The notes beneath the pieces are model-generated. The model worked only from the letters and a program-made list of their open reading frames with translations, was not told the origin of the DNA and did not search any database. Made by a program: the position numbers and the translations under genes. A DNA stretch of 35,189 bases, from NCBI GenBank assembly GCA_004431415.1, contig QPMI01000379.1, forward strand, positions 1-35,189, given 5' to 3'. Source of the stretch: Cyanophora paradoxa CCMP329. Taxonomy: Eukaryota > Plantae > Glaucophyta. Of this stretch, positions 1 through 13,200 are shown piece after piece (position 1 is the first letter of the stretch; every line of letters begins with the position of its first letter).

Positions 1-3000
1 CGGGCGGGGGCGGGGAACCCGTTCGCGTCGGGCTCCGCCTCCTCCACGTCCTCGTTCTTTTCGTTCGCGTCGAGCTTCACGGCCGGCGGCGGGGGCGTGG
101 AGATGCCGCGCCTGCCCTCCATGGAAGAGCTCTCCTCGCTCCTCGTCTCGAGCTCGACGCCGCCGCCGGCCCCCACTTCCTTCCTCGCCTCTCTCCTCCC
201 CTCCCCGCGCCCCGCCGCCGGCCCGACGCCCCCTCGGGCGGCGAGGCCGGCAGCGGGACCGACTCGCCGCGCCCGCCGGTCTCGATCCTGCCGGCGGCGC
301 TGCTCGCGCGGATGGCCTCCATGGCCTCCACGCCGGCCGCCTCGCCGGCGCCCTCGCCCAACCCGACGCCCCGCCGGCCCTCCCTCGTCCGCTCCGGCGC
401 CCTCGGCGGCCGGGGTCCTCCCTCCTCGCCGGCTCCGCCACGCCCCCGGCGCACGGCTCGGCCCTCGGCTCGGCCCAGGGCTCGCCTCTGGCGCCCGCGG
501 GCCCGCCCGCCCGACCCGCCCGCCCTCGAAGGCCCGAGGCGGGCGCGGCGGAGGAGGAGGAGGCGGCCTCACCGACGGGTGAGCTCTGGCGGCGGCGGCG
601 CGACGCGCGGGGCCGCGCGTGCTCTGGCGCGACTCGGCGGGGCGGGCGGGGCCGGGGAGGCGTGGGCGCCCTCGACGCCGCGCGCCTCGGGCGGCGGCGG
701 GGCGACGCTGGGGTGCCCGAGCCGCGCGCCCGCGCCCTCTCCGTCGACGGCGGCGCCGCCGTCGCCGAGGCCTGCGCGGCCGCCGCCAAGGCCGCCGCCG
801 CCGCCGGCGTCGAGGCCCCGCCGGCCGCCCAGGCGCGCGTCTCTTCGGGGCGCGTCTCCTCGGCCCGCTCCTCGCTCGCGCCGCGCGCCTCGGGCGCCGG
901 CTCGGGCTCGGGCGCGAACGCCGACGAAGAGGAGGAGGAGGGCTCGGGGGGCGAGGCGGCCGACGACGAGGCGACCTCGCCGGCGGGCGGCGGCGGCTGG
1001 GGCCGCGGCGCCCGCCCCAAGAGCCTGCGGCGCCTCCCCGGGGGCGTCCTCGGGGCCATCAAGCTGGCCCACGGCGGCCTCGCCTCCAGCGGCGGGCCCC
1101 GCCTGCCCACTGCCGCCCCCGCCATCCGCATCGAGGAGCACGGCGGCGGCGCCGACGACGAGGACGCAGCCGGCGGCGGCGGGGGCGGCGGGGGCGGGCC
1201 CTCGCCGGGGCCCCGCTGCGGGCGCGCGCGATGTCGGTCGACGTGGAGGTGCTCCTCGCCGCCCGCCGCGGCCGCGGCTCCGGCCCGGGCGCCGGCGGCC
1301 CCGCGGAGGGCGTCCCCGAAGAAAGCGACGGCGAGGGCGACGGCGAGGAGGAGGGTGAGGGCGAGGGCGAGGGTGGGGAGGGGGACGCCCCGCAGCCGTC
1401 TCCGGCGGACGAGCGCCGCGGTGCGCGCACCTGTGCCCGCGGGGGCCCTGGCGCCTCCGCCTCGCGCTCCCTCCTCTCGACTCTGACTGGGTTGCTGCGG
1501 GGCGCAGGGTTCATGGCGCGGCTGATGCTCTCGGGCTACCTGCGCAAGCAGCAGAAGCGCCGCGCCCTCGGCATCAAGAGCGACGACGAGGAGGAGGAGG
1601 GCGAGGGCGGCAAGGGCGGCGAGGGCGGCGGCAGCGATGGGGAGGCGGTCGGGAGCGGCAGCGGCAGCGGGAGCGGGAGCGGCAGCGAGGACGGGAGCGG
1701 GAGCGGCGCCGGCAGCGGGAGCGAGGGGGCCTCGAGCGGGGCGGGGGCCGGGGCCGGGGCGGGCCCGGCGGCATCCCCCGAGCCCTGCGAGATCCCCTGG
1801 GAGTCCCTCGTCGTCGGTGCGGCGCCCCCGCCCCGCCCCGCCCCGCCTCGCCCCGCCCCGCCCGGCGTCCGAAGCGCGCGGGGGCAGGCGTGCAGGTGGG
1901 GGAGGGGGCGTTCGCGGAGGTCTTCCACGGGCGGTGGGGCACGCGCGTGGTGGCGATCAAGCGCTACCACGGCGTCGAGGTCTCCGACGAGGACGTCGCC
2001 CAGTTCCAGCGCGAGGTCGCCCCCGCCCGCCCGCGCCCGCCCAACCGGGCGCCACGGCTGGGCTCCCGCCAGCTGACCGCGACGTGCGGGCGGGCAGGTG
2101 GGGATCATGCGGCGCCTGCGGCACCGCTCGATCTGCGCGCTGTACGGGGTCTGCACGAAGCGGCCCAACCTCGCCATCATCATGGAGTACTGCGCCAAGG
2201 GCTCCCTCCGCGACCTCGTCACCGTGCCCCGCCCGCCCCGCCCCGTCCCGCCCCGCCCCGCGCCGTTCGAGCCGGCACGGACGTCGGGCCCACGCAGAAC
2301 AAGCGGGGGGCGCCGGGGCTCGAGCAGAAGCGCCGCATCGCGATCGACATCGCCGAGGGCCTCCAGTACCTCCACAGGCGCCCCCGCCCCGCCTCGCCGC
2401 CCCGCCCTGCCCCGCGCCCGCCACCGCTCCGCCGCGCCGAGACGGCGGGGCTCCGCCGCGCGCAGCCACAAGCCGCCGGTCGTGCACCGCGACCTGAAGT
2501 GCGCCAACATCCTCGTGCGCCCGCCCGGCCGCCCAGCCCTCCCGCCCCCCCGCTCCTTGCTGCGGGCCAGCCAGCGAGCGGGCGGGCAGGTGGCGGCGGA
2601 CGGCTCGCCCAAGATCAGCGACTTCGGCATCTCCATCGACGTCGAGAAGGCCCGCCCCGCGCCCGCCCCTTCTAAGATGTAGGCGACGCAGGCCTTGACG
2701 GGGCGCTTGTGATCGCAGAGCCGGCGGATGACGCAGTGCGGGTCGATCCTGTACATGGCGCCGGAGATCATCCGGGGCGAGAAGGGCTCGGCGGCCGTCG
2801 ACCTCTACGGCTTCGGCATCCTGCTCTACGAGATGCTGCTGGGGCGCACGCCCTACGAGGAGCTCGGCCTCCCGCCCATGTCCTGCGGCTTCAAGGCTGC
2901 CTTCGAGGGGCTCCGGCCCTCCCTCGAGGGGGCCCCCTCGCCGGCGTGGGCGGCCCTCATCGCGCGCTGCTGGGCCGACGACCCCCGCGCCCGCCCCGCC

Positions 3001-3075
3001 TGGGACGACGTCCTCGCCGCCCTCCGCGCCATGGATCCGGAGCCCGCGGCCGCCGCGCCCGCCCCGACATCGTGA
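1..3075 (+). CDS. Ser/Thr protein kinase, TKL/Raf-like (MAPKKK-type), multi-exon, 5' end outside window
   Basis: Spliced exons give GEGAFAEV, VAIK, IIMEYC, HRDLKCANIL, ISDFG, GSILYMAPE, DLYGFG, CWADDPRARP; stop TGA 3073-3075. Introns include GC-AG 2378-2465 and 2650-2718. Long low-complexity N-terminal region with an apparent single-base frameshift near 1210. Confidence 0.9.
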
Positions 3076-3735
3076 GCCCGTGGCCAGCCCCCGCGTTGTG
3101 CGTGCCGAGCTTTAGAGCTTTAGATCTGGTGCAGTATGGCAAGTGAACGGTTTGATATCGATATCAATACCATCCAAATTCAGAGTACACGCATACGCGA
3201 TCTCCCACCTATGAATTTTTGAAAAATGTCCCCGACAGTTCGCCAATTTCATGCTTCTGAAGCCACTGCCCAACCATATTCTTTAGTCAACGGCATGCGC
3301 ATGAAGATACCTTCGAATTCAAGGCTTGACTCAGTGAGACGTTCGACGGTGTACCTTTCCTACCTACTACGTACGCGTATACTGAGTCTAGTTCCAATTC
3401 AATTCAAAGGCCTCAACTGATTCTTGTTCCAATTCAAAGCCAGCCCCGCTGATCAGGAGAAGGAATTCGAACTTCGAAGGGCGCTGCTTTATTGCGCCGA
3501 TTTTTCTTGAATATCTATAGCTAGTATTGCGGCGCATAATGAAACTTCGACGTCGACGTCGATAACACGATTTACTAAGTTAACCCTCCGAATCGGGCCC
3601 CGATTGAATCTGTTCCCACAAGTACTACCGTATACTACCGTTCCCGGCAATTTCCCGCGACCGGTCATGCAATGATCATAATCGATGCCGGCGATACGGC
3701 GAATCGTGGCGAAAGCGCGTGCTGCGTCACAGAGC

Positions 3736-6700
3736 CTACGCGCCGGGGGCGGGGCCGGGGCCCGGGGGCGGCCGGGTGCCGAAAAGCGTCGCCCGCGCGT
3801 AGTACGCTTCGAGGCCCTCCTCGTCGCCGGGGGCCCGCGCCACCGCGGGGGCCCCCAGCGCCCCCGCCAGCGCCCCCGCCGCCCGCGCCCCGTCTGCCCC
3901 CGCCGCCGCGCAGTGCCGCGCCGCCGCCGCGTAGGCAAAGGCGCGCAGGGGGCGCGAGCCGGCGCGGAGGGGGCCGGACGCCAGCCACGCCGCCGCCTCC
4001 GCCGTCTCCGCCCGCATCCCCTCCAGGCCCTGCGCGGCCCGGCCCGGTCAATTGCAGGCTCTAGCCTCCTCCCCGCCGGCGCCGCCGCCGCTGCTTTGTT
4101 GCTGGGCGCACGCGGAGTGCGGCGGCGCGGACGGCGCGGGACTCGTCCTCCAGCAGCGCTGCGAGCGCCTCGAGGGCACCCGCCGACCCCGCCCCCGCCC
4201 CGCCCGCGCCAGCGCCCCAGCGAGCCCGCCAGCCGCCCTAGCGACTCCGCCGCCGAGAGCCGCACCTGAGGGGCGCGCTCAGCGGCCGGCCCGAGGGGCG
4301 CTGCGGGGCCTGGGCACCGAGGGCTGCTCGTCGCGGGACCAGGCGGCGAGGCGGGCGAGGAGGCCGCCGGCGAGGGGCGCCCCGCGCGCCGCCCCCGCCA
4401 CCAGCGCGCCCATCGCCGCGTGCGCCACCTGCCCGACTCTGGCTCAGATCTAGAGGGGCGGGGCCGGGGGCCGGGGGCCGGGCTCGCCTGCGGGTTCTCG
4501 TCGTCCAGGGCGGCCTGCATCGCGGCGCGGGCCTCCGCCGCCGTGTCGGGGCCTCGCGCGTCCTTCGGGGGCGGGCCCGGCGGCGGGAAATGCGCCTCCA
4601 GCCGCCCCAGGCACCGCACCGCCGCCCGCCGCACGTTCCTGCGACCGCACGCCCAGTCTGCCCAGCGCTGCAAGCGGCGCGCCGAGCCGAGCACCAGTTC
4701 GAGTCGTGGGCGAGGGCGAGGGCGCCGCCGGCGAGGGACAGGGCCGCGGCGGCGGCGTCGGGGCGCCCGCGGCCGGCGGCAGGAGCGCGGCGGGGAGGCC
4801 AGCGAGGGCGTCGAGGCACGCGCCCCGCATCGCCCAGTCCTGCGCCCGCCCGCGCGCATGGGGTCAGAGGGCGCCGTGCGGGGCCGGGGCGGCGCCGGGG
4901 GCCCCTCGCCTCGTCGTCGAGACCGGCGGCGAAGGCGGCGGCGGCGGCGCAGGCGAAGGGCGGTGGCGGGCCGGCGGGGCGGGGCAGAGGCGCGGCAGGA
5001 TCTCGACCAGCGCGGCGGCCGCCTGCGCGCGGGCCGCCCACGGCGCCTCGCCGTCCCGCGCCGCCGCCAGCGCCGCCTCCGCCGCGGCGCGCGCCCCCGC
5101 CGCCGCCTCGTCGCCCGCCGGCGGCTCCCCAACGAAGGTGGCGGGGCCGGCGGAGCGGAGGAGGCGGCGGCAGGCGGCGGCGGCGGCGGTGCGGAGGGAC
5201 TCGGGGCCTCGGGGTCGCCCAGGCGGGCGGCGGCGGCGCGGGCGAGGGGCCCGGCGGCAGCCCCGCGAGCGTCGCGGCCGCCTCCAGCGCCGCCTCGGCC
5301 GCCTCGTCGCCCCCCGCGCCCCCGATCGCCGCCACGAGCGTCTGCGAGCCGTCAGAGAGGCCGGAGCCGTCCGCCAAAGGGCCGCGCGCACGGGCAGGAC
5401 GGCGTCGCCGTAGCCCATCGCGGCGAGCGCCTGCGCCGAGTCGGCTGCGGCGCAGGCGGCGGGCGGGGCGGGCGGCGGGGCGCACGGCGGTGGCCGCGGA
5501 ACGGACGTCGGGCACGGGGTCGCTCAGGAGGGCCCCAGGCGGCCCCGCACCGCCTCGGCGCCCTCCTCCGCGCTCGCCGGCGGGGCGGGCCGGGCGGCGC
5601 CCGCGCCCCGGGCGCGGGGCCGGGGCCGGCGCGGGGTTCTCCAGCGCGGGGCGCGGTGCCTTCATTGCCTCGTGGGCTTCGGCCGCGAGCGCGCAGGCCG
5701 CCGCCCGCAGGTTCCTGCACACGCCCCCCGCAGCGCCATCGGCCCGCGCAGAGCGGCGCGGAGCGCGGCGCGTGGCGCGCCAGTCGGTGTGGCCGGCGAA
5801 GGCGAGGAGGGAGGCGAAGAGGCGCGGGGGCGGCCGCCCGAAGGCCAGCAGGCCCCGCACCGACGCCAGCCGCACTTCCTGCCCGGGCGGCGGCGGGAGG
5901 GCGAAAGTGAGCGAAGGCGAGGATCCCGGAGTCCGAGCGCTGCTCCCCGCCCGGCGGGTGGGTCCGAGGCGACTAGAAACTTTGAGGCGCGGATCGGAGG
6001 CGGCTGCGGGCGACAGAAGCTTTGAGCGCTTCAACTAAGCCCGCCGGGCGCACCACGTCGCGGTCCTCCAGGCGCTCCTCCAGCGCCGCCGCCGCCTGCC
6101 GCGCGAGCTCAGCTTGGGTGGAAGGGCGGCGGGAAGGCGGCGCGCACGGCGGCGGCGCGCGGGTGGGCGGCGAGGAGCCGCAGGGCGTCGCTCTTCGCCG
6201 CCCGCACCGCCGCCTCCCCCTCCCCGTCCACGTTCGCCAGCTCCTGCGCCCAGCTTTTTGAAAGCTGGGCAGGAGCCGCGCGGATCAGAGCGCACGCGGA
6301 CGGTCTCGGGCTGGAGGGCGCCGAGGGCCCCCAAGGCGCGTGCCGCCGCGCAGCGCACGGGCGCGTCCGGATCGTCCCTGAGCGCCCCGCGCAGCGCCTC
6401 CTCCGCCCGCGCCGCGAGCCCCGCGGGCAGCTCGGGCCCCCGCCGGCGGCGGCGGCGGCGCCGGAGGAGGAGAGGAGGCGCCCGGCCAGGGCGGCAGCCT
6501 CGGCGCGGCCCCAGGCGTCCGCCCCTTCGGCCTCCGCCACCTCCCCAGCAGCACTTCGGCCGCCGCCGCGCCCCACGCGCCCACCGCCGTAGCCGTCGCC
6601 GCCGCCCCGGCGCCGCCGCCGGCCGCCCCCTACGCCTCGTGAGCGGAGGCTGGGGCGGAGGCGAGGGGAGCATTCGCTTGCCTCGGGGAAGGCGATGCGG

Positions 6701-9700
6701 CCGAGGGCGTGCGCGGCGGCGCGGCGGAGGGAGGCCGGCGCCGACGGGTCGGCCACCGCCCGGCACAGACTCGCCATCTGCCGGCGGGCTCGCTGAGCGA
6801 GCCGGAACGGGACGGGGCGGGCCGCACGGCGTCGGGCGGGGCGACGCGGAGGCAGCCAGCGACGTGCGCGGCGGCCGCCCGCGCCCCTGCGTCCTCCACC
6901 GAAAGCTGCCGGGAGATGTGAGGCGGCCTAGAAGCTCTAGAAGGGCGCGGGGGCGGGGGCGGGCCTGGCGGGCGAGGGCCGTGGCCAGCTCCTCGTCGCT
7001 CTGCCCAAGCCGCCCCAGCGACTCCTGCGCGGCCACGCCCGCCTCAGCGGGCGAGGCGAAGGGCTCGGCGGGGCGGGGCTCGGACCTCGATGGGCCCGTA
7101 CAGGAACCAAGGGAGGCGCGTGCGCGCCGCGTCGCCCAGCGCCCGCGCCACGCGGGGGACCTCCCCGGGCGTCCCCTGCGAGGCCGGTTGCAGAGGAGGG
7201 CGACGGGAGGAAGGGGGAAAGAAGGGCGGACCTTCAGCTCAGCGAGGGCGGCCTCGCGGATGGGGGCGGCGGGGTGCATCAGGGCCGCCGTGACGCGCCG
7301 CGCCCGCGCCGCCGCCTCGGGGCCCCCGCGCGCCGCGCTCTTCGAGGCGGCTGGGGCGGAGGCGGCGCCGGCGCCGGCCGCCAGGAATCGCTCGGAGAGG
7401 AGGCGGAGGACGAGGAAGCGCTCGGCCGCGCGGGCGCCGGCCCCAGCCGCCCCGGCCGCCTCGTCGCCTCCGCCGGCGCCTCCCCCGCGGCGGCCGCCCT
7501 CCTCGGCGGCCCACCATCCGACGTGGTCGTGCGCGGGGCCGGCGGGGCTCCCCGGGCCGGCCCCGTCCCCGTCCTCGCCCTCCGTCTCCGTGTCACGGCC
7601 CTCGAGGACCCATGCGACGGTGTGCCTGAACGTCGCCTCTCCCATCCCCGAGGCCGCCATCAGCAGAACCTGCCCAGAAGCCGCCTCGTAAGGCGGCGCG
7701 AGGCGGCGCGAGGCGGCGCGAGGGGGAAGGGGGAGGGAGACCTCGCGGTACCAGTAGTCGTTTAGGAGGGGCCCCACGGAGGACTCGAGGGTCAGGCGCA
7801 GGCGGTCGGGCGAGGGCGCCCCGCCCTCCCCCAGCGCCTCCCGCAGCGTCCCCAGCAGCCGCCGCGCCGTCAGCCACTCCTGCCGCCGGCCCCCGCCCGC
7901 CTCGGTGCGGGGGGACGGGGCCGCGGGGGGTACGGGAATCGCCGCGCCTGGATCGAGAGGTGGACGAATCGGTAGACGTTCCGCTGGCGCTCCTGCGCGG
8001 GGGTAGAGCGTCAGCGGGCGGGCGGGCGGGCGGGCGGGCGGAAAGGCGCGCCTGGAGGACGCATGTGAGCAGGCCCGTGCGTATGAGCGGTGGGGCTTTC
8101 CCGCCGGCCGCCGCCGCCGGCTGGCCGGGCCTCGGCATGCCCCCCGGGCCGTGCCACTCGTCCGAAAGGCCCAGGCTGCGGAGAGAATAAGTTTGGAGAA
8201 GCATGTAACCCCCGCCGGGGGGTACGCCGCACCGGTCGATGTCGTCCTCGTCGAAGTCCTTCGTCCGCCGCACGTGCGCGTCCTGCGGGGTACAGCGTCT
8301 CGGGACGAAGAGGGGGGGGGGCGGAGCTGGGGAAGGGGGGTACGCGCGTGGGCGAGTTCCTGGCAGAGGGCGAGGACCTCGTCCCCCTCCATCTCGGGGG
8401 CCGCCCGCCTGCCCCGCGCTCGGAGGGCGGAGGGGAGGAGGAGGGGGGGGGGTACCTCGCCATAAGAGAGGCCGCGGCGCTCATCAGCTCCCATCTGGCG
8501 AGGGAGGAGAGGGGGGGAAGAGGGAGGGGGGTGAGCGGGGGGGAAGGAGCGTGAGAAAGAGAACGGGTCCGGACTCGAGGGGGGTACCGACCTGTTCGCG
8601 GGGCGCCAGCCGGAGCCGCCGCGCTCCGCGAAGAGGACCGCCAGCAGCGTGAAGAGCAGCGGGACCTGTACCCCGGTCGGTCGAACCCAGGGGGGAAGGG
8701 GGGGGGGAAGGAAGCGGGGGGGCGGGCCTCGCCGAGGGCGGCGCAGCCGGGCCAGCGGAGGACGCTGGAAGTGAAGGCCTCGAGGCGGGTGGGGTCCGAG
8801 GCGAGGATGGCGCCCGCCAGGCGGCCCCGCGCCGCCGCCGGCATCGGCAGCAGCCGCACGCACGGCAGCCCCGCGAACGCGTCGAAGCTGTACCCCTGTC
8901 AGGCGCGCGGGGGCGGGGCGGGGGCGGGGGCGGGGGCGCCTGAAGCCCGAGGGGCGGGAGGAGAGGACGGCGCGGGGGCAGGCCGCCAGCGCCGCCGCCG
9001 CGAGCGCCTCCACCTTGCCCTTCACCCGCCCAGTCTCGTCCTGGAGAGGAAGAGAAAGTGAGGGGTACGGGTCGCTGGGGGGTACGAGCGGCCCCGGGTA
9101 CCATGCCGTCCAAGAGGAGGAAGAGGGCTCCGCGGCGGGCCTCCCCCGCCAGGAACCGGCCCTCAGCCCCGGGGTACCGCGCTGCGGCCGCGGGCGCTGG
9201 GATCCGGGGGCGCAGGCGGAGGAGGGGAAGCGGGAGGGGGGTACAGTACCCTCGAAGAAAGAGGGGAAGTCGACGACGGAGGGCCGCTGCATGAGCTTCG
9301 CGAGCTCGACGAGGAACACAAGGACGGGTACGGGCTGCTTCGCGTCGGCCGCCGCCCGCTCCGCCGCGCTGCGCGGCCGTCAGAGCGGCGCGGGGCGCGC
9401 GGGAGAAGGGCGGGCGGGCGCGCAGGAAGGCCAGCTTGCGCATGGCGCTCGTCTTGCCGCTGGCGGCGCCGCCGAGCAGCACGCAGCGCGCCATGTGCGG
9501 CGCCTCCAGCACGAGCCGGCACAGGTCGTACATCGAGCCCCCGGGCTCGTCCTCTCGCGGCACCGCCAGCGCTGCCGTGCGCGCCGCCCTCAGAGAATTC
9601 GAATTCCGGGCGCCCTCCGTGGGCGGGCGGAGCTGACGGCTCACCGGCGAGGCGGGCATCGGGTCCGGCGTCCTCGAGCGCCGTGGCGTAGAGCCAGCCC

Positions 9701-9901
9701 CCCGAGGGACGCACCTGGCGCGCTTCAAACCGAGGCCCCGAGCGCGCCGCGCCGCGCAGCGCCGGCAGCGCTCACCAGCGCGACGTAGGCCTCAAAGCTA
9801 GCCGTCGGGACGTTCGCGTCGCGTACGGGGTCGTAATACGTCCTGTAGGCCGCGCGGACCGTCTCGATCCACGCCGCGCGGGCGGAGGCGTCCGCGGCCA
9901 T
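3736..9901 (-). CDS. NACHT-type STAND NTPase with C-terminal HEAT-like repeats (NLR-like), multi-exon
   Basis: ATG at 9901 (MAADASARAAWIETVRAAY). Walker A VLLGGAASGKTS (~9450-9483), PVPVLVFLVEL, Walker B LFLLLDG-M/DE (~9100-9128), LSSRP, VPLLFTLLAVLF, YRFVHLSIQ/EWLTA (~7870-7980), WYREVLLMAA. Then HEAT-like units (DDPDAPVRCAAARALGAL, LSDPVPDVRSAAT, EVRLASVRGL, VRLSAAESLGRL). Last exon ends at stop 3736. Internal exon boundaries approximate. Confidence 0.8.
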
Positions 9902-10210
9902 CTCAGCGCGCAGTTGTGCGCTGCGGCGCGCGGCGGGACCAGGGAGCCGCGACCCCGGTGAGGCGCTGGCGCGGTGCAAGTACCCCCCGAGCTGCGACCG
10001 GGGATCAAGCGCACGGCGGGTATGGTGCGGGCGCACGCCAGGGGGGGGAAACCGACGCACGCTGCGTCGGCCAACTCTGCAGCGGCCGGAGCAGACGATC
10101 GCAGCGTGCAGGAAAGCACCGCACGCAGCGCAACAAGCAGAAGGGCGGCGCCGAGCCGATCGTAGTGGCGAGGCCGGCGCGGGCCAGCAAGCTCGAGGGG
10201 GACGGGCGCC
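9902..10210. promoter_or_regulatory. Putative bidirectional promoter between NACHT-HEAT gene and Cu-ATPase
   Basis: 309-bp gap between divergent start codons; inferred from gene geometry only. Confidence 0.5.
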
Positions 10211-13200
10211 ATGGCGGTCGACGCGGACGCAGGGAACTTCACGGTGGTGTTGCACGTCGATGGGATGACGTGCGGGTGCGCTGCGATCCAATCGTTCCCT
10301 GTAGTTCGACGTGCAGCGTGAACCTCGCGGCGCAGCAAGTGTGTGGCGCGTGTGGAAGCGTGCCTTACATCGCTCCCGAACGTTGTTTCAGCGACTGTGA
10401 ACCTGCAAGAGAAGCGGGCGACGGCGTTCTTGGTCGCCACAACTCCAAGCGGCGCTGAGCTGGCAAACGCAATTACGTGCCTGAGTGCGCGGGCCTGCAC
10501 GCGGAGATGCCATCTCCATCTTTCCTGATTCCTCGAGCAGACCCCGACAAGTACCATGCCTACGTCGTGCACTCGGGCCGCGAGGCGTCCGCTTCCTCCC
10601 CGCCGTCCGCGGCGTCGGCTCCAGCGGCGCTCCGCGTGGAGATTTCCGTGCTCGGGATGCGCTGTGGGAAGTGCCGCGGGAAGGTCGAGGAGACCCTCAA
10701 AGCCCAGCCCGGCGTCGTATCCGCCTCCGTGTCTCTGGAGGAGAAGCGTGCCACCGTTGTGCTGCGTGGTGGGTCTGAGGAAGTTCCCGCGATCCTTTCG
10801 GCGGTCCGGGAGCTGGGTTCGTCCCGCGGGCGCCGAACGCCTAGGCCTGCGGCGCCTGACAGGACCGCAGACCCGGCGCGCTACGAGCTCTCCGTCGTCT
10901 CTCAGGCCCCGGCGGATGCGGACGAGGCGCCGGCGCCGGATGCGGCGCGGGCTCCCGCGAGCCTCGACCCCGCCGCGGGCCCGCAGCACCTGGAGGTCGA
11001 GTACAGCGTCACGGGGATGCGCTGCGGGTGCGCGGGCCCCGCGCGCGTTCATCTCTGGGCGCCTGGCGAGCGCGGCGGGGCGGGCCGCAGGTCGTGCAAG
11101 CGGCGCGTGGAAGGCGCGGCGCTGCGGGTGGAGGGCGCGGCGTACGCTGTCGCGGACGTCAAGCGCCGCTCGCTGGTCGTCGCCTTCGAGCGGCCGGCCG
11201 CCGCCCGCCCCGAGGAAGTCCCGCCCGCCCTCTCCGCCCTCGGTGCGCCGCGCTCCGCCCCGCCCCGCGCCCCGCGCTGCGTTCTGGCACGCGCCGACCG
11301 CCGCGCAGACGAGCGGTTCGCTGCGACGCTGCTGGCGCAGCGGGTGCGGGCCGGCCCGCCGCCGCCGCAGCCGGAGCCGGCGGCGGCGGCGGAGGCGGCG
11401 GCGGAGGTGCGGCTGGAGGTGCGGGGCCTGCGGGACGAGGCGGGGGCGCGCCGCCTGGAGGCCGCGCTGCTCGCCCTGCCCGGCGCCGTCGCCGCCGGCG
11501 CCTCCTCCGCCGGCACCGCCTGGGCCCGCTTCGACTGCGCCAGCCGCGTCCCGCCGCCCTCGGCCGTCGCCGCGGCCGCCCGCTCCGCCGGCCGCTCCCT
11601 CAGCGCCCGCGTGCTGGGCCAGGCGCTGGGCCCGGCCGAGGGCGGGCACGCCGGCGAGGAGGAGCGGGTGCGACTGCGGGTGCAGGGGATGACCTGCGCC
11701 TCGTGCGTCTCGGCCATCGAGGACCGCCTCCGCCGCCTCACGGGCGTCCGCGCCGCGCGCGTCGCGCTGCTCGCCGAGGCCGCCGAAGTCCACTTCGACC
11801 CCGCCCACACCTCCGTGCGGCCCCCGCCCGCCCCGCCCCGCCTCGCGCGCCCTTCCTGACCGGCCGGCCGCAGGGCGAGGCGATTGCCGCCGCCGTGTCG
11901 GACCTCGGGTACCGCGCCGCCGTCCTCGCCCGGGTCCGCCCCGGCCCAGCCGGCGCCGCTCGCCCGCCCGCCTGACGCGCCGCGCGCAGCCGCGCACGGA
12001 GCGGGTGCACTTGCGCCTGGGCGGCGAGGGCCCCGCCGGGCACGCGGAGCTCGCGCGGGCGCTGGCGGCCCTCCGCGGCCTCGCCGGCGTGCTCTCTGCC
12101 GAGCCGGAGCCGGCGGGGGCCGCGCCGGGCGGCGTGTGCGCCGAGATCGACCCCGCGGCCGTCGCGCCCCGCGCTCTCTACGACGCGCTCCTCGCGGTGC
12201 GGGCCGCGGACGGCCTCCGGCTCCGCGCAGGCTGCGCCGGGCGGGCGCTGACGCTAAGGGCCGGGCGCAGGAGGGCTTCCCCCGCGTCGAGGTCGCCGAG
12301 GGCCCCGAGGGAGACGCCGTCGACGCCCGCGGCGGCCGCGAGACCGCCGAGTGGCGCCGCCGCTTCCTCCTCAGGTGAAGCCCCGCCCGGCCTCCGGCCC
12401 CGCCCCGCGCGGCTTTGCTGACTTGGACGGCAGCGCCGTGCTCTCGGTGCCCCTCTTCTTCATCAAGATGGTGCTGATGTACATCCCTGGCCCGGACATG
12501 GCGATGATGCGGCCCGTGCCGGGCCTCGGCATCCGCACCGACGATCTCCTCGCCCTGCTGCTGGCCACGCCCGTCCAGTTCGGCTCGGGCTGGCGCTTCT
12601 TCGCCGGCGCGCACCGCTCGCTCCGCCACGGGCGCGCCACGATGGACCTGCTCATCGCGGTCGGGACCGGGGCCTCGTTCGCCTACTCGCTCGTCTCGCT
12701 GGCCGTGGAGGGCACGCGCGCCGCTACCTTCTTCGAGACGTCCGCCCTCATCGTCAGCTTCGTGCTGCTCGGGAAGTGGCTGGAGGGCCTCGCCAAGGGC
12801 CGCGCCGCGCGCGCCCTCACGGCCCTCTTGGACCTCCAGCCGCCCACGGCGGCGCTGCTCGCGCCGGACGGGAGCGAGCGGTCGATCCCGGCGCGGCTCG
12901 TGCAGCGCGGGGACCTGCTCCGCGTCGCCCCGGGCGCCCGCGTCCCCGCGGACGGCGACGTCGCCGCCGGCGTCTCCGCCGTCGACGAGGCGATGGTCAC
13001 CGGTCCGCTCCGCTCCGCCTCGCGCCTCGCCCGCGCCGCTGAGCGCTTGCCCGCCCGTCCAGGCGAGTCGCTGCCGGTGCGGAAGCAGGCCGGGGATGCG
13101 GTCCTCGGCGGCTCCGTCAACGTCGGCGGCGGGGTCCTCGAGGCGAGCGTGATCGCTGGCGCCGCGCCCCTCCGCTCGCCGCGATCGCGGCTAACGGGGC

